DNA of 57,131 bases, the filler included, from Sphacelaria rigidula (lineage: Eukaryota), in the NCBI GenBank assembly GCA_964200075.2. It is 7 parts of 7 records of this genome, joined end to end, with 100 filler letters (N's around TTAATTAATTAA, not from the genome) between each part and the next. Parts side by side here need not be neighbours in the genome. Positions count along the whole stretch, not along the records: positions 16,355 to 24,430 come from CAXNAA020012389.1; positions 24,531 to 32,606 come from CAXNAA020012390.1; positions 32,707 to 40,781 come from CAXNAA020012391.1; 4 more parts are not named here. The stretch is one strand, 5' to 3'. Both the position numbers and the translations under genes were made by a program. Under the pieces are notes generated by a model. It was not told the origin of the DNA and did not search any database. It saw only the letters and a list, made by a program, of their open reading frames with translations. The first letter of the stretch is position 1. Each line of letters opens with the position of its first letter. Shown here piece after piece: positions 23,101-36,936 of the stretch.

Positions 23101-24430
23101 ATTATTTAGCGGAGATAGCTATATGTGGTTTAATAAACGCACCTACCGCACGCGTCCACCATTGACGCCACATTCCCCGCCGCGTGGAGAATTCAACCTC
23201 GAACACTTCGGTACTCTCCACGGCGCCCTGGCTTATCAGATGAATCCTCAAGCAACCGGAGCTGCTCACCACCTACGATATAACGGTAGTGTGGGTATAA
23301 CACTCTCCGACGACCCGCAACTCCTTGAAGTTGCACTAGTTCGCCAAAATGGCATGCCAGCACTTACGGGCCATTATCTTGCCGAAATATTACTCCGTAT
23401 TGGTGCAACAGCCGACACAGAACATTTTGTGTCGGCTGGACAACAAGTCCTCCCTCTTACGGGACATGCCAACTTAGAACCCGGCGATGTTTAAGGAATC
23501 GCCGCTGCTCCCCTGATGCACATCCCCCTCGAGACGTGCGTCACAGAGCCTGCCGCACCGAACACCACATCTCCGGCGGAGTCAGTACATTGTGTCGATG
23601 AACCTTATTTCGATCTCGCCTCTGCTACTCCACCCCAGGTCCACACCGTGGCTCCTGCCCAGTCAAATTCCGATTCTCCTGCTGAAGTGCTTCAACGCTT
23701 ATCAGCAGATTCTCGGAATAGCTTCTTGCACATGTGGGACCAACTGCCGCCACACATGCGCAACATTAATTTTGACCTTCATGGACCCGGATGGGAACCG
23801 GCAGTCATCCAAGAACTCAGTGATGTCCTGCTACAGTACCAAGACCGATTTTCCCGATCCAAGACGGATCTTGGGCATTGCAAAACACTGCCCTTTAAGG
23901 TTACCCTCCAACCCGGTGTCTCGCCGATCTCTTCTCGGCCATACCGTGCCAACCCAATCCTCACCAAGGAAGTTAACGCCATGTTGGATGTGTATTTGGG
24001 AGCGGGACTAATCCAACATTCCTCCTCTCCTTGGGCCTCGCCACTTGTGGTCGTCCCCAAAAAGGATGGAAACATACGCATCACCGTGAATTATCCACGG
24101 TTGAACCGCGTCACTGTCGTCGGTAAACTTCCAATTCCCCGCATTGATGAAGTCTTCGACTCCTCAGGCGAAGGCAAAATATTCAGCACCTTCGACCTCG
24201 CTTCTGGATTTTTTCCAGGATGCTATACACCCTGACACAGTCCCACTGACGGCTTTTCGCACCTCGTCCGGACTCTATGAGTGGCTTCGCATGCCACAAG
24301 GCGCCGCCACTGCCCCGGGATGCTTTCAACGCTTAATGCAACGCGTCACCGAGGGCCTCGAGCACATCATCATGTACTTGGATGACGCTATCGCTTTCGA
24401 TGCCTCACCTATTGCACATATACGCACTCT

Positions 24431-24530
24431 NNNNNNNNNNNNNNNNNNNNNNNNNNNNNNNNNNNNNNNNNNNNTTAATTAATTAANNNNNNNNNNNNNN
24501 NNNNNNNNNNNNNNNNNNNNNNNNNNNNNN
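24431..24530. other. Artificial contig linker N44-TTAATTAATTAA-N44
   Basis: Identical to the other linkers. Confidence 0.98.
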
Positions 24531-25063
24531 TGTGTTGCTTTTTTCTTTCCTTGTTTTCTATTCCTCCCTTTTTCCCCCCCCCCCCCCCGTCCCCCGTCTT
24601 CGTCTTCGTCCTCGTCCTCCTCCTTGGGACGAATCGCTAGTCGCTAGGGATCGAGCGGAGTCTTCCCCCATATCTGTGTGGCCCTTTGCTGTCGAGGATT
24701 GGACCAACATTCCCACACCCGTCGACGCTCGTCGTACAGTATCTATCTTATTTTGCTACTATACTACGAGTATAATTGTCGCGTTTAAGCGGCGGATCCC
24801 AGATTCTGCTCAAACTCACAGTATCTGCCGAGAATTGAACGCTCAACCCTCCCCCCTGGCTGACCTTCGGTGTACTCAAATATAATATTACTAAAATGGT
24901 GAAGACCACCGGAGCGCGACGGCCGTATCCCCTTCACCTCGTATGCGCCACACGCAAGACAACTACCGTTCATTGCCGACACTATTCCACACGCCACTGT
25001 GCGTGTCGACATGCACCTTTTGTACGGGTTCGCTTGTCGACGTTGCTTGTCTCGGCGCTCCAG

Positions 25064-27292
25064 GCTGATGTTGCTGTTGACGAAGCCGCGACAGACATGG
25101 CCATGCTCGAGCTTTCCCGGGAGAACGCGAAGATCCAACGTGTCGAATTTGGCGACGCGAAGGAGCTTCTGACCGAAGCCTACTTGGATTCCCTGGCTGT
25201 CGAAGCCGGCGAGATGGCGGCAAGGAGAGGGAGAGTGACATTTGCGGAGCTAGCTTCGACTTTTAACCTGTCTGTCGATGTGAGATGTGACCTGTGTTCT
25301 CGACTCGCTTTTCTCACGAGTGTGTGTTGATCCAACGTCGATGGAGGATAACACCCCCCAGTTAGACCCGTTCCTATCGAAAGAGATGCATTCTCGATGA
25401 TCAAATGGCGATTATAGAGCGAGCAACAAACGAGCACCCCCCCACGCACACACACTCCCGAGTTATGCGATTCATTACCCTCGTTACTTTCGACACATGC
25501 GGCATGTACGACGCCGAAACACCCCGAGTCCGGAAGGTATTGTCGATATTTTTTAGATGAGCAAGCGTTGTCGGCGATGCGGGGTCGCGTTTTTCTCGCG
25601 GAGAAAGCGAGAATTGTACGCCCAGTGCCCGAAGGGTGTGTTGTACTCGTGTTATACGTAATGCTCTAGTCGTCGTGTACGATATGGCGTTGTGTCCACC
25701 CCTGTCCCTCAGCTGGCTGGCCTCGTTTTTATCAGGACTATCTGTGCGGTGCTATGCTGTATGCTGAGTAGTTTTACGTTTCGACGGCAGCGCTGTCATT
25801 TCCCATCGACTCCATGTATGGATGCCCGTGCGAAGGTCTTGTTACCTTAATTTGTTGCATTTGTAAGGATTTTTTTCTTTCTATTCGTGATATGTCTGCT
25901 TTTCCTCACCTTCCTTTTTTTTTCTCTCTTTTTGTCACATTTTCTTTTTTCGCTTCCCCCTCCCCCCTCCCGTATCTTGTCCTTGAGCTTCCGTCACACC
26001 CATCGAGTACACCTATTGATCATGTATGTGCAGGTGCGTATATAACTACTTGCTCATGACAATTCCATGGTTCTTGCTTCATCGATTCGCCGTTGCTCGA
26101 TTTTTTCCATCCGAATCTTTTGCTCCGATCGGTGTTCGCTTTTTGCCCGGGGAAAAATACCGCGTGCACCTCCCCACGAAGATATAATCCCACCAAGTGA
26201 CTAACGACTAATGATTTAATGCGCGGTTGCCCGGGAATCTTGTTTCACTCTGGCCGCGGGTCGGAATACAAATAGTTGATGCGATAATTGCGAAAAAATC
26301 GTAAGTCGGTGGCTTGATGTAATATTCCCATGTACAAATACTCCCATAGCAATGTATACATGAATGGATAAATAAGTTTGAAAATCCTCTCTCTGCGTCA
26401 GAGGCGCGGGAAGTGCTGAAGCGACTCGTTCTCGATGGTGCGCCGGACGGCACCGTTTTTGCAGTTTGTGGAACAGATCATTCGAGCTCGGATGGCTGAT
26501 TCCTCAAAGCATTGCCCGAACAAGTCGACGATCGCGTACGCAGCTCTCGTCACCGACGTGTACCAACAGCAGAAGAAGACGGAGGTGCGCACAGTACGCA
26601 CAAGCGGCGCGATAGGGTAAGGACCCTCGGTCAGTCATACGAGCATGGGCGGGCTGAAGAAGTCGTGCGGGGCTGATGATCCTCAGAGTGTATCCGAAGA
26701 TGCTGTTGCGATGGCCGGTATTCCTCTCGGGTCATTACGATACTTGAAGCAGATTATTTATGCCTTTTCATTATTATGAGTCTTCACACCCATCCGTCAG
26801 TAAAATCCATGGTTGACACGAAATTGTTGTTGCCAAACCCTGAAGCTAACCCCATCCCCAACCCCGATCCTGACCCAAGACGTACTAAGCTCCCTCGGGC
26901 AAGGTGGGTGAAGAGGCTGCCCTAGGCAAAGTGTGCATTAACGGAGATGAAATCGGCATGACAGATGCCGATTGGAGCAACAGCGTGTGCTGCGCACCCT
27001 GACGAGCACCCGGGGCTGGCATCCCCCAAGATGTTCGAAATGTGATCATTATCCATACTGAAACCATGTAATCATCAACCGTAGGCTTTAGTGACAGGCA
27101 GGTTAGGGTGAACAGTAACTCTACTGCTTCTCAAGCCCATACTCCTCTATTCGCCGCGCAACTGTCGGTATAGCGTAAGTGATCGTATTGTCATCATGAA
27201 GATGCCGCGTCTCGATTTGCACGAACGAGGCAATGTTTTTTTTTTTGTGTGGCTCTGGCACACGTGGATGACTCACAGGGTCAGTTCCGTTG

Positions 27293-27331
<39 letters not shown>

Positions 27332-30300
27332 GGGAACAAATATTTTTTCACACTTGGTGCCAGAATGGCGTTATGACAGAGCTGTCCCCATTTTCATACG
27401 GCGTAAGGGCCACACTCGGGGTATCTATTTCCGACACGTTCAGTACCGAAGCAACATATGACGAGACCAAATTTGACAAGATCCCCACCCGCTGGAGCAG
27501 CTCGGCGGAATTGAATTTCTTGAAGTCCAAGTTAGGAGTGAGACATACCCGTGGTCATTTGGCGCGGTGAACGAACGCCGACGTGAAACAGCAACACTTG
27601 TTTAGTGCGGGGAATTGCTCCGTGACGGAAGTCTGCTATGAAATTGTAAAAAAATATACTCCGTACGTCGTATATGGTATTATAGCAGCATATTCTTTTA
27701 TCTCGAACTTTGTCTTGATCGTAGCCGTAGCAGTTGAATTGCCATGCCTTGCTTCTACGGTGATCGTGCCGCCCTTGATTTATTTACCGCAGTGGTTTGT
27801 TGTGTGTGTGTGTGTGTGTGTTTTCCACCAAGGACAACCCTGCATTACTCATGATGCCTACGACTTTCTAGGTTGCGCATGTGTTAATAGTGTTCACCGG
27901 GACGTAAGGGCCACGAAACATCGTTTGCCCATCAGTATGAGCGCCTCGAGATGCCGTGCTCCCATGTCACAAGAAAACGACATCTGGAAGTGCTGTGTAC
28001 GGTTTTTTTTTATGGATTTTTCGGCGTCTGTCGAAGGTGTTCGAATTTGCATGATTCACTCAAGGGAAAAAGTGGCTGCTAGAAACTGACCCTCTCAATC
28101 TGCTTCCTTCGGCTGCTCCCAGATTCTCGACGTTTGCAGTGCAGCAACGGAGCCCTATCCGGTCGAAGCCATCGTGAAGGCTTGTGGTTTGAGTCCAGAA
28201 GAGGCGGACATGGCGGTGAAGCTGTTGCAAAGTTTTATACAGGTACGTCCTGCGATAATCGAAACGGAAGTATCTGTAGAACAAATAACTTCCGACATGT
28301 CTGTGATGGTCGCCGCCATCGTCCCGGTGTCGAAGAGGATGGTCCTGTCGACTGCTGAAGTTTACTCGCCCTCAGGGGAAAGCGAACACTAAACATAACC
28401 CGGTCTTGTGCGTCGAGGAATATATTACTGTGTAAGTACTGATAGCGCATCGAGCTACTTCACACCCACACCAGAACGCTCTGGTTTTCTCTACCCGCTC
28501 AGAGTGGTGAACTCGAGGGATCGTGCAGTGGAGGGCGCCTGCGGGAGTTTGTGCCCAAGTGTTTCTTGGTCGCGCAGCGCAAGGACGTGGATGCGTTCTT
28601 CACGGCCAACGGATATATGGACAGCTCCACCGCGCAGAAAATGCAGGTGTTGTGCTGTGGTGTGCTAGCTGGCGTCGATCGCGCATGCTAGCCATTTACG
28701 AGTACAGTATGGGGACACGGAAAGGTTACTCACCTCAACTGACTGATAGCTCGGGCTAGCCGTTTACTTCGTTTCTAGGTGCTGTTTTGTTTGTCTGTGT
28801 TGCAGTAGAAAATTACCATATTTTCAGGTCATTGGCTTGATGCCACACCTGGTGGGGTCAAATGCGACAGGGTATCTTCTCGCCGTGCGTTTTCAGTGAT
28901 ATCTCCCCCCCCTCCCCATGTATGGAAGAAACGTAATGAGCGCCTAAATGTTGGAGGTGTATCTATCAGAAGTAGGAACGGTGCTCCATCTCGGAAGGGA
29001 TGCGGGGTCAATGGTCAAACGACTTAGGCAAGCAACGAATTAGTACGCCCCCCCCCCTCCCCATGCGACTCGCCGAACACATCACGGTCATCGTGGTCCA
29101 GAGAAAACCCGGCGTGCTCCGTCCCGGCTTTGTAGGGATGCGAGGTCAATGGTCTTATGACTTCGGCGTGGAAAATCGTGAGTACACCTCTCTCTCTGTC
29201 GGTACGCTTGTTTACTCAACCAATGGATGGATGCTGTTGTTGGGGTTTGGCAGGTATGCAAGTTCCAATCGTTCGTGAAGGAGTCGTTCCCGACCGCCGA
29301 ATGTCTAGACACAGCTGTAGTGAGCCGCGAGGTGGTGGAGCAGCTGGAGGCGATCGCAGACGAAGCTGTGGCCCAGGGCTCGTGGTTTGAGGTGAGTGAC
29401 TCGTTGCGACCAACCAAGCCACGCACGCGTTCGATGTGCGGCGGTGAAGTTTTTTTATAACGTTCTGGGAGTGCGTGTAGGTGCGCTGCCACAATCCGCG
29501 ACGGAGGTATGATGGTCGAGATACCAAGCCGCGCTCTTCGTCGTAGCAGCAGTATTAGCAGGAACACCAGTAGCAAAACAGCAATAGCACCCATACGTTG
29601 ATGGCCTGTTGTTCGACGTTGCATGCTCATAACCTTACGAGCGCCTTTCGTGCAGCAACGGAGTCGTCGAGTGTGGAGGTGGAGCAACGGGGGGCTTTGT
29701 GTCGCAATTGTCGATTACTTTGCACGTGACTGGTGTTACAGGCGTCCTTTTCACCTGCCCGTGTTCCTCAGCCGGTTCAAGGATGGTCACGTGACATGTC
29801 TATCCGGTACGAAGATGATATCGTGAGATTCGTACCCGATTCGAGTATTTTCACGTGAGATTTGTACCCGGTTCGAAGATTGTAACGTACTATTCTATTT
29901 TTTGTCGTCCGGTTCAGAGATGGCTCATGTGCGCGCTTGCCTTTCTCGCGAAAGGCCTTGCCATTCCATTGCTCCATGGCAGGCAGTGTGCAGTGTGCAG
30001 TGTGCAGTGTGCGTTGGTCGAGCCTTGCCCAGTCCCAATCCTTCTCATCCCGCGGTCTGCTGCCTGCCGTGTTGTCCCAACAGGCATGGTCAGTGGTGCC
30101 CACGGCTCTGTCCGACGGCGATGCTGCTCGTCTGGTGGGGATGTGCGCCGCATGCAAGCGTGCCGTCGGAGATCCGCTGAGGGCTATTCAGCTGGCTGAG
30201 GTGTGTGCTGATTGATCCAGGCGTACTTTTCGTGTGCGATGCGTTTGATTTCATCGTATAGGGCTTGTCGAATCGTGCAAATATTTCCAGGGCAAAAATA

Positions 30301-32377
30301 TGACATACTACCTACTACTTACCCCCTCTGTACCAGTTATAAAGTACGAGTCATGCTACAGTCGGGAGGAGTGCTCGACTCCGAGAAAAACAGGGCTCAT
30401 ATGTGTGTCAGACGACCCAATACACTCGCGGTGCGCTTGTGTTCACGTGAAAACAGTGTCAAGCAGTGTAAGTAGTATGAATGACTGTCTTCATGGTAAC
30501 AAGCGCGTTCGAGCAAAAGTTGCTGCTCTTGTGACGATTTGAAGTAAAGTTTCGTGAGAGAAATGGCCAAAAATACCCCCCCCCCCTATCGTAGCATCAC
30601 TCGTACGCTATACTTTACTCGCTCAATTGTCACTTTTCTGAGCTTATTCATTGGCTGTTGGTGTAGTCGGTCGAGATGAACACTCATGGAGATATGATTT
30701 CAGCCTTGACGAGTGATTTGCTGAGACCTCTTTTTTTCAGAAAATCTGTAGCCTCCGAAATAAACCTATCTTCGTTTGTTTGTTTTTTTGGGACAAATTC
30801 TGATATTTTCAGGAAAAGGGCCAAGTTCGAGATCACCGAGCCAACTATATCTTGGAATGTTACAATGATCTCCCCGGTACAGCCGCCGCGGCCCGGTGAT
30901 CTAAATTAAAATGGCACATCTGAAACCTGTTACAGCGGAATATGGTGAATTCAAACGCTGGTAGATCCGTTTTTTTCCTTCGAATTGTCTAATTTTCCCT
31001 CGTTGAAATTGTGAGGACGTGAGAAGCAAAGAAACCTAATGTGACGAGGATCAACGCGGTGCGGGAGTGCTGATGGCCAAAATCCAATATCCACGACACG
31101 ATCGTGTAAGGCGTGTAATGTATCGGGGGAAAGATGAATCGGTAGAGTCACACTTCAGATTCGTCCCGAGGAAGGTATAGCTCTAAAAGGGTCTACAGGG
31201 GTGGGACTGGTGGGGTTGGAAATCACGAAGTGCGGCGAAAACTATTACAGCCCATATGAAAGCCATTCGATGATCTCCATTTTTTACCAATATAATTACA
31301 TCAGCGACAATGTAGGTGACAATGGCGCTCTCGTGTGAGCTTTGGAAACGGTGGGTGTACACATTCACCGCGTTTTCGAGATTCTGGCCGAACCATCGAG
31401 TTGGGCGTACTGACGCGCAAGTGCTATGGATATCTATTGCCTGTAGAATTGGTTGTCTGAAAGCTGAGGTCTTGGTTGCGGAGATGACATACTGTGAATT
31501 TGATATCGATATCTGGTTTGTGAGGAATGTTGGCGCAAAGCTGGTCCTTTCTCGCCCATTTTTGCAACCATGTCGACATCAGGTGCATGCTATACACTAG
31601 TTTTCAGCTGAAATAGGGTGCGCCCATTTTTTCAGCCATACAGAAAAAAACAAACAAGAAAACGGCTAGAGTACGGCGTTTTTTTTCCCGAAGGGTGTGT
31701 TTTTTTGCGCCGCGTACACGTCTGATGGACTTCGCAGAAGTTATATATGCCCTATTTTGAAATCCAGTCCGAGAAGCACATGAATTTTAAACACAAGACG
31801 TGTTGAAAATGTGGTAACATGTCATTGAGCACCTCAAACGACGTCACGTAATTGTACTTAGAGGGACGGACCAAGTATACTCCGTTTTGCCCTGTGTGAC
31901 TCTTGTTAATGGGCGCACGCAGCACGAAGGTACCTTACGCGCCGACTCTCGCTTGGTGCAGGCGCTCTGATTCTGGCTGAGCTGCCTCACTTGTTTATGT
32001 GCGTGACCCCGGAGGTGCTCATCAAATTCATTCGGCACGCTAGTCTTCATGGATCCCGCCGGCCGCGTTTCTTTCGCATTGCCCTGACCCCATAGCAGTC
32101 TCGCATGGCCGCGGCGAATAACAACCCTCTCGTCTCGTCTCGTCTCGTCTCCTCTCCTTTAATATCTGTCTGTGATGAACCTCGTCGTCTTAAACCAACC
32201 AATAGGTGTATGGGGCGAGCGCCAAATTCGTGGAAGATCTGGTGGATCGACACCGTGCGGAATATTCGAGCAAGTTGCATAAGGACCGCGCCGACGACAC
32301 CACGAGCGGCGTCAACATGCCTCTCCGGAAGAGCGGGGACAAAGCGCGCGCGAGCAAGCGAAGCAGCAAGGGACACA
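25064..32377 (+). CDS. UFL1: E3 UFM1-protein ligase 1, internal exons (5'- and 3'-partial)
   Basis: Phase-0 exons 25064-25279, 26465-26584, 28123-28242, 28503-28646, 29254-29391, 30084-30200 and 32206-~32377. Peptides ELLTEAYLDSLAVEAGEMAARRGRVTFAELASTFNLSVD-FVEQIIRARM and FVPKCFLVAQRKDVDAFFTANGYM match the UFL1 winged-helix repeats. Confidence 0.85.
28983..29190. mobile_element. Two tandem termini of the GGGGG(C/T)GTACTC TIR-element family inside a UFL1 intron
   Basis: AGGGATGCG.GGTCAATGGTC..(A/C)GACT..GGC...AGTAC(G/A)CC occurs twice. Homologous to 75-160, 47763-47846 and 56590-57131. Confidence 0.7.
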
Positions 32378-32606
32378 GTGAGGCGAGGCTTGCCCGCTCC
32401 ACCCATACGCGGCTGGCTTGTTTCCTGTGCCTTTTAGTCATTTTGGGAAATAATTCCGTTTTTTTTTCCATGTCCTCGTCGCTGGTACCGACTCACCTGT
32501 AGCAACAGCGACTCATTGGAGCAGTTTGCACGAGCGCTTTCGCTATTTTGCACGAATTTTGCTATTTCCACTCGTGGGTGAAGGAGTGACCCGACGATAC
32601 GGGGGG

Positions 32607-32706
32607 NNNNNNNNNNNNNNNNNNNNNNNNNNNNNNNNNNNNNNNNNNNNTTAATTAATTAANNNNNNNNNNNNNNNNNNNNNNNNNNNNNNNNNNNNNN
32701 NNNNNN
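32607..32706. other. Artificial contig linker N44-TTAATTAATTAA-N44
   Basis: Identical to the other linkers. Confidence 0.98.
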
Positions 32707-32717
32707 ACAACAACACC

Positions 32718-32811
<94 letters not shown>

Positions 32812-32819
32812 GCAACACC

Positions 32820-32902
<83 letters not shown>

Positions 32903-32903
32903 C
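32707..32903. repeat. (CAA)n microsatellite, about 65 units, at contig start
   Basis: Direct reading; a few CAC/CAG variants. Confidence 0.97.
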
Positions 32904-35900
32904 TCTGTGCTCTACCGCCCCACATCCTACATCCGTCGTACGCCAAAAAATAAAAATGCAAGTTAAAAGTCAAGATTAACGGATACAAATGTCATTGTAC
33001 AAGGTTTGGGATGGAGCAAGCCGCAAAAGTAGACGTAGCTAGGACGAGCGGAGAGCCCCCCACGAAGGAGTGCCGGTCCGACAGGCGACACCACTGTGAT
33101 GCTATGTTCGAGGCGGGAGCGTCGGCGCTGATTTCTGGCTGGAAAGGTGACGTTTAGACGACAAACTACCGCGTTGGGTGGTACGAATAGCGTTGCTGTC
33201 ATTCGTGCCCCGCGGGCACGATTGCACGGCGATATGTGTCGGCGACGCCGGGTGAGCCTGGTCTGCAGCCTGCACACTGTTTAGCCCAAGATGTGTAGAT
33301 TCTATGTGAAAAAGAAGGACGTAATTTGGTTCAGTACGCTAGACGGGGACGCGATGATGTACAGGCATCCATGATGGTAAACTCGGACGATGTACAGATT
33401 GACAATTGCGAAAGTTTCTTCATTAAATCCTATACAAACACTGCGATCCTGTGCGGAACGTTCCTGTACCTTTTGTACTATATTTACTGTACTGTAGTGT
33501 CCTGTGCTTACTGTTGTATTTACTGTACCGTCTTGTACTGCCAGTATCAGCTGAAGTGTACTGCAGCGTCCTGCTCTATAAAAATCACAGAAGTGCGCAG
33601 GACATGGACACCTTTGTGGCACGTAGGTTGACCGAAACGGAGGCTGATCATGCACGCCAACATGGTTGCCTCACGGCCGCAACACGCTTCGCACTACTTG
33701 CAGTCCCGGTGGGTTGCAGTGTCTGTGCTTTACACTTCGGCGGGGTGTACTACGATTACGGCTTGCTGCCATGTGTTGGATTGTCCGAGCACACATGCAG
33801 CAGACGGTTCAGTCAGCCGGGGCCTTGCGCCGGTTCCTGCATTGATTGTGCAGCTGATGTATGAAGCTTGGGTCTTAATGTGGGGGTCACGGCGGATAGA
33901 AGACACGCCAGAACTCCATGTTTGTAGGCAACTGAGCGGCAGCAACGGTTCGGCGCCGCATAGTGATGGTGACAGTTGTAACGATCGCGCCACGGCCCTC
34001 GCCTTCATCATTGCGCTGCTCCTTCGCAGGTCTGTCGACATGGGCACGCGCGGCGGGGATATCGGGGCGATAGACGACCCCTCGCACGAACGCCAACGAG
34101 ACGCACCTGGGACACCGGTGAGATACACGGAGTTCGCATCATTCCAGGATTAACCTCCGTGTTTTAGCCTCCGCCTCATGGCATGCTGTCCGCAGTAGTG
34201 AAGATATTGGTAGCTGATCCTCCTCATCACAGTAGAAGCCCGTGTGTTTTCAATTTCCACTGTCAAGCGCTTTGATTGTCCGTCGGCGGGTGGGCACATA
34301 CTGTGTAATTGTGTTCATGGTAGTCTCAGGCAAGGTTTCTGTCGCTGGTGGTGTTCGCAGAGATATGGTCACGCACGAGAAACATCCTTATGCACAGTCA
34401 ATATAGCATAGGCCTCTGAGGTCATGTCCACCGGGCGCTCGTTCATCACCGCCCCACCGCCGTCGCCACCCCCGCCTCGATTACTTCATCGCCTGCGCCA
34501 TTACCGCCTGCAGGAGGTGTCGCCCGGAAGCCTAGCTGACATCCGCGAGACGGCAGCGGGAAATCTCGCTGCAGAATACGCCGAACGGTCAGGTGGGCGC
34601 CGATGCTGCTGACGCTGTGATATGGTTCCCCTTTAGCCCCGTAAACGCGCTTAAGGTTTCGCTTAATGTGAGGTTTTGGGGCTTAAATAAGCCTTCCCTT
34701 TTAAACCTTCAAACGAACTTGAAATTTTTGCAAGGCTTATCATGTGCTCGCGTATAAATGTGCGATGATTTTTTATGCGCCTCCTGCAGCCATTGTATCA
34801 GCGGCGTGGACGTGTCCCCCATGGCCTATGTCGTGATTCGCGACTGGTCACCAGGCAGGCTTCAATACTCCAAACCGCCATGGTTGTGGATCCGACAAAC
34901 GCTTCTGTGTACAGTTCATGTGTATGGTACTATGTTGAGTCGATAAATGTAATCAAGATTTTGTGCAGCAGTCGTGACATGGGGTGGTGCCCACTGTACA
35001 CTGTACAACGTGCAACCTACAGCGTTTGGAGGAGGACAACCGGTGACAGCAGGACAATTTTTTGTCGCTTGTAGCTTGCTGGGCAACAGGCCAACGACTG
35101 CGATATCCCGTGCCCGGAGGCTGCGATGCCCCACTGCTGCATCATGTATCATGAGTGCACGAGTGTGTAGTGGCATTTGTTATTTCCATATGTCGTTTGG
35201 CGTGGCCTTGAGAGTCAATGAGCGAAGAAGTCCTATTTTTCAACAAATAAAAACAATTTCGAGGCTTCGAATACCCGAATTGTACTCTTGTCATTCAAGG
35301 AGGCACGCCTTGTGAGGGGATACTTCTACAATGCCACAACAAGGACGCGAAGAAGGCGCATACAGCAGGCATATTTTCGCTGCAAAAATCTTCAAATGGG
35401 GCCTAAAAGAAGGGGGAAAGTCTACAAAAAAAACGGAGCTTAATTAAATAAAAAACGAGGTTACCGAGCTAAAGCGTACATAGGGTCGGTCCTGGCGGGG
35501 GTATATGAATGGCATAGCGGCGCGCGGTAATTTTTTTTCAACACGTACGTCATCCTTTCCTCAACGTGACCCGTCGCATGGTGTCCGACGGACACCACCC
35601 CCCCCCTTCCCTGCAGCTGTAGCGATTGCTGGTGGTTCTCCTCTCAGCTGCACCGGGGAAAGTCCGGGTGACGTCTGTGCTGAAGTTCTCAGGTTAGACC
35701 TCGCGGCGCAACCGTGTGGGACTCCGCCCGCGCACAGGGGGAAGAGATCACGTGGACCTCCTGGGTCCGACGGGCATCGCCTCGGATCACGGGGGCGGAA
35801 ATTCAGGCAGAAGAGGGCCAGAAACGACGCCAGCGGGAGCAGCGGGGTTTGTGGTGCACTGCACGAGCGGCTACTGGTGGCCTCCGATGGCGGCGGGATG

Positions 35901-36389
35901 TCGGATAGCCATCGGGCGAATGTGGGAGAAATCGTTTCACCGTCCGAACCTCCCCGCCTCTTCCCTTCGACATCACCGCCGTATTCCGCGCCACCACGAT
36001 TAGGACGGCTGCCGGTGGTGTTGCCGGCCAACGTGAATGATGGTCGCACCCGGCGATCGCGGCGGCGGGCGGGTGGTGGACGTCATGCCGCTTACAGGAG
36101 CGTATCGCCCGGTGGCAGACAGCAAAGTTTGCCCGTAGGTCGTAGAAGGGCGACCTCAGCTCCGATAAAACGCAACGGGAGGCGACCGTTTTGTGGGAAG
36201 GGGGAATGTGGGGTGGCCGGCACTTGGACTGCCGGGTTGTGCAAATGGTGTAACAGGGATCACGTGCAGTATGACAGGTTATGTGCGGCCTGCCATCGGC
36301 CCGCCACTCGGTATCGCCACCTCGCGCCCCACAGAATCTCTCCCACGTTGGAGTGGTGGCAGGCATGCAAGGGGGACGTGGGGCAAACA

Positions 36390-36936
36390 GCGATCACTGG
36401 TGACGACGAGCCAACATCAGACTACTCTGGAATATTGGATGGGGGGGGTGGCGGAGTCCATGCCCGATGTGGACTTCACCAATCGTGGTTGGAGTACAAA
36501 ATCCCAGGACGCAGCAACGCCGATGACAAGAGACAACGTTGTTGTCAACTTCTCTCAACATGCACGCATCGAGCCCTCCGGGATGATAAATCGTCTTCTG
36601 TGCGGGTGCAACCCGGAGGCGGCCGAGAAGTACAGATGCGTACGCGACTGCAAGTGCGCGCAGATGGGGAAGGATCGCCACCCCGTATTGTGTGGGTGCA
36701 AGGGGCGGTGCAATCCTGCTATCAACGCGCCAATCGTTCCGATCAGTAAAGGGTTGGCAGTAGTGATGGCGAATGCGGTGGACCCGGGGTGTGACGGCGG
36801 CGACGAAGCAGAGGCGAGTGACAGAGAAGACTGCGAGTCTCTGTGCAGGACCTCATCGGAGGATTCATGTGATTCGGACGGGTACGCAGACGATGACGTC
36901 GTCGAATGCTACTTGGAGCATATTTACGATGCTTGA
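36390..36936 (+). pseudogene. Relic of a CXC (tesmin/TSO1-like) Cys-rich C-terminus, possibly an AcademX-type transposon protein
   Basis: TLEYW...PDVDFTNRGW...LLCGC-x9-CVRDCKC-x6-(R)-x4-CGCKGRC followed by an acidic tail. The upstream part is frameshifted. Confidence 0.4.

Larger units (their letters stand above)
16792..24430 (+). mobile_element. Ty3/Gypsy LTR retrotransposon, decayed, 3'-truncated by contig end (gag zinc knuckle, protease, RT)
   Basis: CINCSVQGHSMRDC CCHC knuckle (~21218-21259), protease LLDSGS (~22844-22861), and RT motifs SSSPWASPLVVVPKKDG, FSTFDLASGF, TAFRT..GLYEWLRMPQG and YLDD (~24375-24386). PR-RT order is gypsy-type. Several in-frame stops and frameshifts are present. 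Confidence 0.95.

Noticed and set aside
26670-26705. Hammerhead ribozyme core (CTGATGA), also at ~37555
   Set aside because: No stem II followed by GAAA and no closing stems.
30570-31720. Possible transposon in the long UFL1 intron
   Set aside because: Composition is suggestive, but no TIRs, TSD or coding motifs could be established.
32651-32988. Poly-Leu and poly-Cys ORFs
   Set aside because: Translations of the (CAA)n microsatellite and linker.
35505-36749. 414-aa ORF as an intact gene
   Set aside because: GC-rich Arg/Gly/Pro-biased reading. The recognisable CXC motif lies in a different frame, indicating a frameshifted relic.
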